Positions 11,915 through 23,000 of a stretch of 58,658 nt of DNA are shown piece after piece (the first letter of the stretch is position 1; each line of letters starts with the position of its first letter). The stretch covers positions 34,043,343 to 34,102,000 of the forward strand of contig NC_134474.1 of the NCBI RefSeq assembly GCF_964194025.1, given 5' to 3'. The notes beneath the pieces were generated by a model. That model did not search any database. It was not told the DNA's origin and saw only the letters and a list, made by a program, of their open reading frames with translations. Both the position numbers and the translations under genes were made by a program. The stretch is from Convolutriloba macropyga. Taxonomy: Eukaryota.

Positions 11915-14203
11915 AATATAACCAACTAACGTCGGGCAAATTGTTCTCAACCGACGTGCGAGCGTTTGGTTTTTTCAGCAGCTAGCCACAGTGTAGTGAT
12001 GCTATCTTTAGTTTGATTCGACTCTGCAAGTTTAAGGTTTCTAGCTTAGTTATTGAAAACATCAAATAAAAAAAGTCTGATATTTTAAAAGTTTGCAAAA
12101 AATTGCAAAATTTAAAAGAAAAATTTTCACATTTCGCAGTCAAAGAAAAATTTCCAAAACTGTTTTTGTCTCTGGAGTTCTGTCAAGTAATTTATCTGTA
12201 GGACCAAAAGATTCGTTGGCCAGTAATGATCGTTAAAATCTTTAAAAAGTCTTCAAAACTATTTCATTGTCCCAAGGGAAAATCCAGCTTCCCTATTTTA
12301 AGCTTCAGATAGTTTCACTGGCCCATAAACTCGGACCAAGAAAAAAATTTTCCAAAACGTAACAAAAAACTATTTTTTTAAAAAAAAAATGCGAAGCTGG
12401 TGTCATTAAATTTTTGATAACCATTCCATTAACTCTAGAAACTATGCAACAGCGTATTACCAAACCTTGGAGGAGGTCCGTAGGATCCTATTGCCGAAAA
12501 ATTTTTTTTAAAAATTTGAAAAAATCGTGATATCTTGAAATAAATCTTGAAAAAAATTCTCTTTCATCTAGAAACTATGCAGTAACCTGTTATTAAACCC
12601 AAGAGGAGGTTGCAAGAGAAAAATTATCAAAAATCTTGAAAAAATTTTAAGTTTAAGAAAAAAATTGCCAAAAAATTTCTGACCTTTGCCTTAAAATTTT
12701 CTTCAATGACTTATTATCAAACCCTAACTCAAGTTTTCTAACCTCCGAGGCTGAAAAAACCCGATTGAAGAAAGTAGAAGTAGTAAAAAGATAAATTCAA
12801 ATATTTGTCATAAAAACCAAAATTCGTGATGTAAAATCTTGAAAACAATTCTATTACATCGAGGAACTATACAATAACCAATTGTCAAACCCCAGAGGAG
12901 CTTCTTCGGCTGGAGAAACCCAAAACTTTTCAAAACAGTTTTTTTTAGAAAATTGCTATAATTTGTGATTTTTGAAAGATGAAAACTATTCCACGGCAAA
13001 AAAAATTTCAGTAATTTATTATAAAGCATTTGAGGAGGTTTTCTGGCCCTTTCGTCTGGAAAGACGTGAATAATGAAATATAATATCAAAAAATTTGGAA
13101 AAATTTGCACGATTTGTCAAAGAAATGCTGAAATTCGTAATATCCAAATGTTGAAACCATTCCACTACCACTAGACACTATGCAGCAACCGGTTATCAAA
13201 GTCTCTGAGTTTGGGGCTCTTGAGCCCAGAGAAACCTGAAAAATTAAAAAAAATTTGCGAAAATTTTGAAAAAAAATTTTAAAAAGTTTTACAGAAACAA
13301 AATTGCTGAAAAAAAACTTTGGGCTTGAAGGGTTTTCTCAATAACTTTTTGTCAAGCCCCAAAGTAAGTTGTTTAATCCCCGACGCTGAAAAAATCCGAT
13401 TAAAGACAATGAATGTCAAATAATTGAAAAAAAATGCAAATTTTTGTCAAAAAATGCCAAAAATCGAGCTGTGAAAATCTTGAAAACCATTCAATTACAT
13501 CTATAAACTATACAATAACCAACTGTCAAACACCAGAGGAGGTTCTTTGGCTGGAGAAAACCTAAAAGTTTTCAAAAACTTTGAAAACATGCAAGTTTTT
13601 TTTTTAAAAAAATTGCTAATATTTGTGATTTATAGAAGACGAAATCTATCCCACGGCTAAAAATCTTTTTCGGTAAATTATTATCCAGCCTTTAAGGAGG
13701 TTTTCTGGCCCCTTCGACTGGAAAGACTTGAATAATGGAAAATAATATTCAAAAAATTGAAAAAATTTGCACGATTTGTCAAAGAAATGCTGAAATTCGT
13801 GATGTCAAAATGTTGAAACCATTCCACTATCACTAGACACTATGCAGTAACTCTTTTTGTCAAACCCTAGATGAGGTTATGTGGCTCTTGAGCCTGGAGA
13901 AATCTGAAAAACAGAAAAATAGAAAATTAGAACCCCCGGGGCTGATGGGGTTGGGTCAAGTGGGGTGAGGGGGGTATCAACAGCGCGGGGCGGTTTCTTC
14001 ATCCTCTAAAAACCGCACCCTTCACTCCATAATTATAATTCTCAAAAACAGTTTGAGCTAAAACAGAGCTGAAAGGCTCTAAGAGCTCGTAATGCCCGCT
14101 GGGCCTACCTGTTTATCCCGTTTTTTAGGAGGAAAAATCAAATGGGTCAGACGAAAAGTCGGTCAAGCAAAAAATTGCATAAAATGACGTTTGAGAGCAA
14201 TTG
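11915..14203 (-). mobile_element. Long Helentron-like (HINE) copy with a 1.9-kb internal tandem array
   Basis: 11915-12018 matches the family 3' end (ACCAACTAACGTCGGGCAAATTGTTCTCAACCGAC…GCTAGCCACAGTGTAGTGATGCTATCTTTAG, cf. 43665-43761). 13933-14203 matches the remainder (CCGGGGCTGATGG… to CGTTTGAGAGCAATT). Confidence 0.65.
12330..13915. repeat. Degenerate ~150-165-bp tandem array with a ~640-bp (4-mer) higher-order period
   Basis: The motif CTAGAAACTATGCAGTAACC…TTATCAAACCC…GAGGAGG and its variants recur near 12434, 12568, 12705, 12860, 13010, 13172, 13338, 13500, 13672 and 13833. 12810-13250 aligns best with 13450-13910. Confidence 0.75.
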
Positions 14204-14726
14204 AAAACTTAAACCTCGTTAAAAAAATCTTTTTAATTGCATAATCTACGCTGGACGAGCTTTCTAATGATACAACTCGCAGCTCTCTAAGATGAATAAA
14301 TCGATCGGCCAAAAATGACTGAACAACAAAAAACCCATTTGAGTATATATTTCCTTCCCCCACTAAAGCGGGTGGGAACAAAAACAGGTGTCAAAAGCAC
14401 TAGGGGATTGTTTTCATGTTAAAATACATTCCAATGACACGGTTCAAATAGCGGTTGAAATCTAGCGGAGCAGTAAATAGAAAGAAGGATGTCACGATAG
14501 CGCCACTTCGAGTAGAAAAACAGAGACTAAACTATAAACTTTCAATCATCTGTCACCACATTGAGAAAACGCGTCTGCTTATTGTCAAGAATTCAAAGAA
14601 GACCATGTCCATAGTGAACAAATGTGCATTTTACTATGTAGCAGAGAAAATCAGCTTGATAAAGCAAGTAATTCGTTTTCAAACGCAAAACTGGCGACCA
14701 AAATGACCAAGAAAACTTGGTAGTTC

Positions 14727-14864
14727 TGCTAACGTGTATGTGCCCAGAAGGGCTCCAATGTCAATGAAGGCTGCTGTGGGGTATTTTGCGAAGATTCGGT
14801 TGAAGAGAATGACTTGATAGTTAGTTTCCCAATTGGCACCCTTCCTGATTGCGTCACTCACTCC
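14727..14864 (-). CDS. Exon 2 of an FkbM-like (Methyltransf_21) SAM-dependent methyltransferase; 3' boundary uncertain, possibly truncated
   Basis: Acceptor CTTTCCTTGTTTCAG|GGA. Encodes GVSDAIRKGANWE…AFIDIGALLGTYTLA, i.e. the G-x-W-E segment and SAM motif I (FIDIGAxxGxYT) of FkbM-family enzymes. The frame stays open to 14679, but the expected V-x-A-x-E-P motif does not follow. Confidence 0.65.
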
Positions 14865-15322
14865 CTGAAACAAGGAAAGTGTTGTTTACTTCATTGTAAA
14901 AACCCCAACTTGACTCAACCGGTCAAGAATGTCTAAACTTTTTGGGGAAATGGTCAGTTTGATCAGTATTTCATCGGTATGACCGTTTTCGAGTTTTAAG
15001 GATGTGAGCATTTTTAGAAAAACGAGCTTTATTACTTTAATTGCTCTGTAAGTTTTTTGTGTCAGTTTTTATAAGACGTCTTCTAAAATTCTTATCTGGT
15101 GAAAAATGATATTCTTATAAGCTTTTCTGTGAGAAAAATAATGTCATTTTTAAATTTATTTATCATCTTATAAGGCATTATAGGATACTTATAAGAATAT
15201 ATGAGGCTATTAATTCTATCAGATTTTTGATAGATTTCTTATAAAGGACGTTGAAAAACCGTATCTTACAAGATAAAAATTCCATTAAGCTATGCCTTAC
15301 ACTTGGAAGATTGCACTAACGT

Positions 15323-15475
15323 ATCTTCAAAAGATTTTCGATTTTGCTCTAATTTCTGACCCATCCACGCAATATATACTATCATTTGTGATGCGCAAAC
15401 TCAGGGCAGGATCAACTGCGTGATCCACTGCGTGATCCAAGCCAGCAAAATCGAAAATCTTTTGAAGATTTTCGA
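15323..15475. repeat. Small element with a perfect 26-bp inverted repeat
   Basis: ATCTTCAAAAGATTTTCGATTTTGCT (15323-15348) / AGCAAAATCGAAAATCTTTTGAAGAT (15444-15469). Internal ACTGCGTGATCCA x2. Confidence 0.75.
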
Positions 15476-15581
15476 GTCGGCTTGAGTCGCTCATAGGAGG
15501 TAAAAGTGTAACCAAAAAAGCTACTCTCCTTTCAATGGCAAGGAAAAATTTCTACCGCCCAGATCGTTTCAGCGGTTTTAA

Positions 15582-17462
15582 CCGTCCGGATATTACGTTT
15601 TTGCGGTTAGTTTTTATGAACTGTATTATCCTCTACAGTGTATATAGCCTATGCATTACCTAAAATTCAATTAGTCCAAATAGTTTTTGTTCAGCTTTCG
15701 TGTTCAACAACTTGCTTCGCTCAAATTGAAAAAAAAATCATTCCGTGTTAATCAATCACATTTTTGTTGAGTTTGTGTTAAAAACTCAGAACATTAAAGG
15801 ATTTTAGGAATTTTTGTTCTTAAAGATTGTATCTCTACAACTGGGCTACCATTGACCAAAGTTTTATCCTGCTACGTGAACACTTACAAGATGCAAAGCA
15901 AACAACAAAAATATTAATGTTAATAACCAAAAAATTTCTTCTTAATTGGTTTCAATAATGCCATCGCCCCAACTATTTTCAACTACGGAGAAACCAATAA
16001 GAGAAGTAGACTCTGTGCCACGTAAAAAGTTTCTTCTATTTAGCAATTTTGTTTCTCAGAAGGAAAGCTTGAGAATATCAAAGTTTGTTCTCTTTTCAAC
16101 AAATCAAAATTTGCGAAACGTGTACAGAAACAAGAGAGAGCAAAAAATTGATATACAGCTCAAAGACCGTGCTCCATTACGCACCGTTTGCCTGCTTAAA
16201 AAGCCAAAATTGCAAATTTTGACTGCTTTTTGGTAGTTTTTCAAGTTCTTTTTATACTGCATTATTCGAAAATTCTGAACTTCTTGTTGGATAAAGATAA
16301 ATATGTCGTGAAATTGTCTGAGTACACTGAGTTCGGGGTTCGGTGTTTGGGATACTTGAATACACGGTGCCCCGCGTTTTCTGAAATAGTTTGATAACAA
16401 TAGAAATTACTGAACCTGGCATACTAAATTTGGTGCCTCGTAGTACATTTGAGCTCAGATCCGGGTAACGATAGACTTGATTCTGCAATTCAAGATCCCG
16501 TAGCAATGGTGATTTTCCTCACTATCGGTAAACCGCCATTGCTACGGGATCATGAATTACAAAATCAAATCCATCATTATAACGATCTGAGCTCAAATGG
16601 ACTACGAGGCACCAAATTTAGTATGCCAGTTTCAGTGACTTCGACTGATATCAAACCATTTATGAAAACGCGGGGCACCGTATATTCAGGTATCCCAAAC
16701 ACCGAACCCCGAACTCAGTGTACTCAGACAATTTCAAGACATATCTATCTCTATCTTACAAGAAGTTAAGAATTTACGAATAAAGCAGTATAAATAGAGC
16801 TTGAAAAACTACCAAAAAACAGCGCAAATTGGCAATTCTGGGTTATTAAGCAGACACACGGTGCGTAATGGAGCACGATCTTTGAGAAGTATATCAATTT
16901 TAGCTCTCAATTGATTTTGTACAGGTTTGGGAAATTTTGATTTGTTGAAAAGAGAACAAACTTTGATATTCTCGAACTTTCCTTCTGAGAAAGAAAGTTC
17001 CTATATAGGAGAAACTTTGCTTATGGTAAAGAGGCAGCTTCTCTTATTGGCTTTTCCCTAGTCGAAAATAGTTGGGACGACGGCATTATTGAAACCAATT
17101 AAATATAAAGTTTTTGGTAATTAACATTATTTTTATTATTGTTGGATTTGCATCTTGTATATTTTCACGTAGCAAAATAAAAATTTGGTCAAGGGTAGCC
17201 CACTTATAGAGGTACAATTTTTAAGAACAAAAATTCCTAAAATCGTTTAATGTTTTGACTTTTTAACAAAAACTCAACAAAAATGTAATTGATTAACTTG
17301 GAATGATTATTTTTCATTTTGAGCAAAGCAAGTTGTTGAACACAAAAGGTGGACGAATAATTATTTGGATTAATTGAATTTTAGGTAATGCAACAGATAT
17401 ATACACTTTAGGGGATAATACAGTTCATAAGAACTAGCTGCAAAAACGTAATATGTGGACCG
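15582..17462. mobile_element. 1.88-kb giant-hairpin foldback element flanked by TTAA (piggyBac-like)
   Basis: Left arm 15582-~16510 is the reverse complement of right arm ~16535-17462 along its whole length, with scattered substitutions. TTAA lies at 15578-15581 and 17463-17466. Ends are CCGTCC/GGACCG. Confidence 0.85.
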
Positions 17463-18814
17463 TTAAACGTTTCAAATTCACTAAAGGTCCGGAATGATAA
17501 TCACTTACTAATAATAGTTACTAAGTTTGTGTGTTGACAATCTGAACAAATCAATTTTACTTCGATAGAATGTAGCATTAATTTAGGATGTCATGCTATT
17601 CTAACTTAAGGGCCTGATTTGGCCTGGAGATGAGCGGCTTATTTAAGAAGCTCGGCGTAGTGGCTGAAAGATACTCCACGGTCCGGAAATACTTTGATCA
17701 GGGCCAGGTCCAGAGTCTACTTTATCTGATCAGAGCGTTCCCTGCCATCCAGATAAGCTGAATAGTTTGATAGCATGACCTATTTCTTTCATTTATTGAT
17801 AACCAACCACTGGTTCTTTATATAAACCAGAGCTTTGATGTGACTTCATCAGAGTCAAGTAGCTTAGAATGGAAACAGGCACATCGCAAATTCTAAAAAT
17901 ATGTCATTATTTCTTGGGAAATCTGGTATTCCCAAATTTTTCACCGCAGATTTGAATCTGAAATAATAAAAAATGACAACGATTTCCGCTTATTTTAAAT
18001 GAAAAACATATGAAGTCATTCTGTGGTTCTGTTGAATGGTCATAAATAAACATCACACAAAAATTCAAAACTGTTATAGCATATTCAGTTAATGAGTAAA
18101 TTTAAAAAATTGTCATGGTGTATTATGACTTAATCAGCCTGGGCTGTTAAAAAATTGCAATAGAAAACAACTTTGGCATTATTTTTGAGCAAAAAGTAAA
18201 ATAATTGTTGCCAGTATGTTCTGGAGCGATAAACTTTTGTCCAGAAACGCTGGTTGTGATTTGTTGAGATTTAATTTTACTTTCATTGTATAGTACTTTG
18301 ATTTTAGTAACTCAATACCTTCGTTGGCTTGAAAAGCATTTTTTTTTTATTTTATTTTTTTTTCTTAAAAGTCATGTATGTCTCGAACCTGTAGTCCAGA
18401 AGGAATTTAATTGGTAAAATGCCATGAGTTGTAAATCTATGGCTTAATTATATTTAGCCCGGTAAAAGCATATTTACGTGCTCGGAGAGGTAGTTTTTAC
18501 AATGCTATCAGTAAGTTAGTAGTAACTGTAGAAAGCAGTATTGCGGGAAAATGGAGATAACACAGAACTAAAGAACTGAAAAGTAAGAGTTTTAAGTTCG
18601 TAGATGCAATGTTCCCTCAGACATATAATGGATTTATACTTTGTTCCTTTTTTGATGACAAGATTTCGTTGAGTTGTTTTTGATAACACAACTTTTTGTC
18701 CAATATTACGCTTAGATATAGCTTCATGGACTTCTGTGGTAAGTTGGTTGTCCTGAAGCATTCAATTACGTGTTTCAATCATTTTAATAATTAAGCGATT
18801 GATAAAAATCTAAC

Positions 18815-19228
18815 CAGCTCCTCGGATAGGGGTGTCGCACAAATGACCCCTTTCTTCTTGGGAGCCCATTTCTCCATCTTCAGTGCAAACTTGCAGAAGG
18901 AATTTGCAAATTTCCAATCCACCGTAAAATCTTCCCAAGCTGTCAACTGAGTAGAATTTGGTTTCCCTGCGAAGAGTATTTGCGATTGCACAGCTCCGTG
19001 CGATGCCTCCAAATTGCTAATTTTGGCATCATTTAATAATTTTGCATCTGTTATTAAATCAGTAACAGTTATAACATCTGCGTTATTATCTGAGTTATTA
19101 GAGGTAGCATCGACATTGTCTTTTTGTTTCCGATGATTTTTAAATTCGTTATAAATCAATGAGAAAAAGAAAAATGTAAAATATAAAGCCAAAATTTTTG
19201 CTAAAAATGTAAGCAGTGGTTTAGTCAT
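18815..19228 (-). CDS. Exon 1 of the FkbM-like methyltransferase (N-terminal signal-anchor plus stem)
   Basis: ATG at 19228, hydrophobic LLTFLAKILALYFTFFFFSLIY, then a polar stem, ending GVICATPLSEEL at a phase-0 donor CTG|GTTAGA. This joins in frame to exon 2 (…ICATPLSEEL|GVSDAIRKGANWE…). Confidence 0.6.
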
Positions 19229-20084
19229 TGATGACTGACTAACTTTTAAATAATGAATAATGAACTAGTATAATTAACTATTTAGCTTAAATAGTTTAAG
19301 CTATGCTCAAACGAACTAAAACTAAACAAGTTACTGCAATGAGAACCAAAGCGAAGTCAGAGAGCTTGTTTTAGAAGAATTATAAAATCAAAACAGGTTT
19401 TATAGCTATACTTTTTTGCCTTTTCCATTATAGCCGGTGCACAATATAACTTCAAGAACAGTAAAATATGATTAAAGATTCGATCAATGGTTTCATTAAC
19501 AAACAAAAGAGTACAAATGAGTAATAAAACTCAAAGTTGTTTGTTTAACTTCATTAGAAATCAAGCGTAATTTTTTTTGTCTGCCTAAGCTTTATTTCAG
19601 CCCGACCCCGTTCATAACTAAGTATATATTGTTAATCTCACATTATCACGTGAGGGGTTTGCATAATATTCTTATGGCGGGCTATGATTCGATTAGTTTT
19701 CTGAGGTCTAAGCTGGCGCAAGCTGTGTGAAAAAAGTACTGTAATCTAACCAGCATCTCCTGACTTACAAGCCCAGCGTGTTACATGATTATGAAAAATG
19801 GTATGAAGCTCTCCGACTGGGGCATATCTCTTCCTTCTGATCAACTTTTATTTCTCAAGCTCCAGTTGAATAAGTGGAACTTGTAATCTAAGTTATGCGA
19901 TCTCTTATGTTTTGGTTCCTCCAAATCCATATTAGCTCCCCGCCACGTCTTATAACATCTTTTCAACTTTCTTGCTTTTATATATATTCGGTGACTTTAA
20001 TATAAGTAAGAAAATAATTGTTAGCAGGCCGAGGGACTTGGTGACTTGCACCCGAGTGCTGGGTCAAGTCCCGAGGTATTTATA

Positions 20085-23000
20085 TTCTTAACGTTTTTAG
20101 AGAATCAAACAGTAAGAAATTGGGCACTTTTATTGACAATTCAAAAAAGGTGAGATATTGCTAGTGCAAGAGGGCGATTAATCAGGGTTACTAAGTAGGG
20201 CAAGTAAATAAGACTTTGGAGGGCAACTAAATAGGGCGAAAACTTAGACAAATGCGTGACTGAAACATCCATTGCGCAAGTGCTTTCCACATATACTTCC
20301 AAGACATAACTACAAACTGATTGATTAAGTGGAGCTGCTTCAGGTTTTGGTGCCTGACTATTTTTTACACATGATTCTCTAAGAGAGCTAAAGAATCGTT
20401 TATGAAGAGGGAAGAACGAGCATTTTTATCCTAATTTATTAACGTGCAGAATAAAACTATGAAAGAATTATAAACCTGCAGTTCAATTTTTGCGGGTCAC
20501 GGCCTTGTCTCATCAGTTTATGGGACTTGATAAAAACCATTACCAACCGAAACTAAGATTAATCCACACAAATTGCTTTATTGAATGCCCACACAAATTA
20601 GAATTTAGAATAATTGTTTACACTTTGTTGTTTTTGGCGGTTTTGAAAGCATTTGAAGTTATGAAATGCCCCCGCATACAAGTATGATTGTAAAACTACG
20701 ATTTTTTGAACATATTGCATTTTTTTTGCAATTGATGACAAAACACATTGGCAAACACATTGCCAGTACCATTCTATGGCATAAGTTAGTACCAAACACA
20801 ATTTTTGACCACGCGTCCATGCAAGATGTATTCTGTTTCTAGGTTTCAGTTAGAAATAAAACAAAATTTGTTTCGATTAGTGGTGAAAATAAATGATTTT
20901 TGACTGCAAGATGTTTCTATCTTTTATTGAAGTCATTAATTTTTGACGGGAGTTGAGGTGAACTGATACCTGCACGTGTTATAGAAAACACGAGCCTCTA
21001 CCGTTACCGAATTTCGATTCCCGTTCGTTTGGATGCACCTCTTGTACCGTTGCATAACGCAGCAAATAATGAACTTGCATTTACTTAAAATTTAGGTAAG
21101 ATTCACATTATTGGACGAGAAAAGAATTGCAGTTAGTTTGGTAACAGTCAATGTTAATTGTGGTAGGTTTCAGTGAAATCAACAGAGAGCTGGAAACTGA
21201 AATCACTTACCGGTTTACAACCAAAAACTTCAGGAATTTATCATTGAGTTTTTCCGATTTTGGCAATTATGCTTATGACTTTCATTCTACCGAAATTCTA
21301 ACAACCGCTTTGCTTATGAAAATAGACCGAATTCGTAGAAATCGCCATATTAAGGCAATTTTTGAATGAACTCAAGGTGCTGGGATAGCAGCCTCGGAAA
21401 TTGAAAAGAAAACTTAACTAAATAAAGAAACAAACAATTACCTGAGCTGATAACAGGTTAAACTGAGCTCAGAAGTTTCGAAATTTTAGCAACCGCAAGA
21501 ATAAAAGAAAGTGGTGAAGATATTTATATCTCAATTTTCAAATGTTTCCATGCCCCATGTTAGACATGCTCTGCATTTAACGATTCTAAGATAGTAAGTA
21601 TAAAACTGAAAGCGTAATTCAGTTTTCGGATCAAATCTGTTTCGCCCCCCACCAGCTTAGAGAGAAAACATTTTCGATGATCCCCAAGCGCACGTGCTAT
21701 TTTCTTACACAATAACGTGCTATATAACAACATATATTTTGTAGTGGGGGTCATAAAAAACACTAGGGGGCAAAACAGAATAGATCCCAATTTTCTTCAA
21801 CATAATTGAATACAGTTTTAAAAATTGGTTCTGAAATTGGCCAAAAAAATCAACATCCTGCTTCACTGTTGTGAGAGGACGACTTAGACATCCCAATCTT
21901 TTTGTTGTTACATTAATTTTTTTTCAATTCTTAAGTTAGAATTGAAATTTTCAATTCTTAAACTAGAATTCTTTTTCAATCCTAAGTCATTAATTTTTAA
22001 TGGGAGTTGAGGTGAATTGAGACCTGAACGTATTATAGAAAACACGAGCCTGTACCGTTATCGAATTTCGATTCCTTTTCTTTTGGATCCACCTCTTGTA
22101 CCGTTGCATAACGCATCAAATACTGAACTTGCATTTACTGAAAATTTAGGTAAGATTCACATTATTGGAGGAGAAAAGAATTGCAGTTAGTTTGGTAACA
22201 GTCAATGTTAATTGTGGTAGGTTTCAGTGACATCAACAGAGAGCTGGAAACCGAAATCACTTAAGGGTTTACAACCAGAAACTTCAGGAATTTATCATTG
22301 AGCTTTTCCGATTTTGGCAATTATGCTTATGACTTTCATTCTACCGAAATTCTAACAACCGCTTTGCTTACGAAAATAGACAGAATTCATAGGAATCCAC
22401 ATATTAAGGCAATTTTTGAATGAACTCATGGGGCTGTGATAGCGGGCTCGGAAATTTTAAAAAAACTTAACTAAATAAAGAAACAAATAATTACCTGAGC
22501 ATATAACAGGCTAAACTGAGCTCAGAAGTTTCAAATTTTTAGCAACCGCAAGAATAACAGTGGTGAAGAGATTTTTATCTAAATTTTCAAATGTTTCCAA
22601 GCCCCATGTTAGACCTGCTCTGCTTTTAACGATTCTAAGATAGTAAGTATAAAACTGAAAGCGTAATTCAGATTTCGGATCAAATCTGTTTCGCCCCCCC
22701 CCCCCCCAGCTTAGTGAGCAAATATTATCGATGACCCCCAAGCGCAGGTGCTATTTTCTTACACAATAACGTGCTATATAACAACGTGCTATATATATAA
22801 TTTGTAATGGGGGTTCATAAACAACACGGGGGGCGAAACAGAATAGATCCCAATTTTCTTCAACATAAATGAATACAGTTTTAAAAATTAGTTCTGAAAT
22901 TTGCAAAAAAATCAATATCCTGCTTCACTGTTGTGAGAGGACGACTTAGACATCCCAATCTTTTTATTGTTACATTATTTTTTTTCAATTCTTAAGCTAG

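Noticed and set aside
15946-16769. Paired ORFs 16252..16506 (-) and 16449..16769 (+) with similar peptides
   Set aside because: Similarity comes from the two arms of the palindrome; no recognisable domain.
17694-17735. TGATCAG…TCTGATCAGA resembling the 94-1579 element
   Set aside because: Too short to distinguish a relic from chance; no termini.
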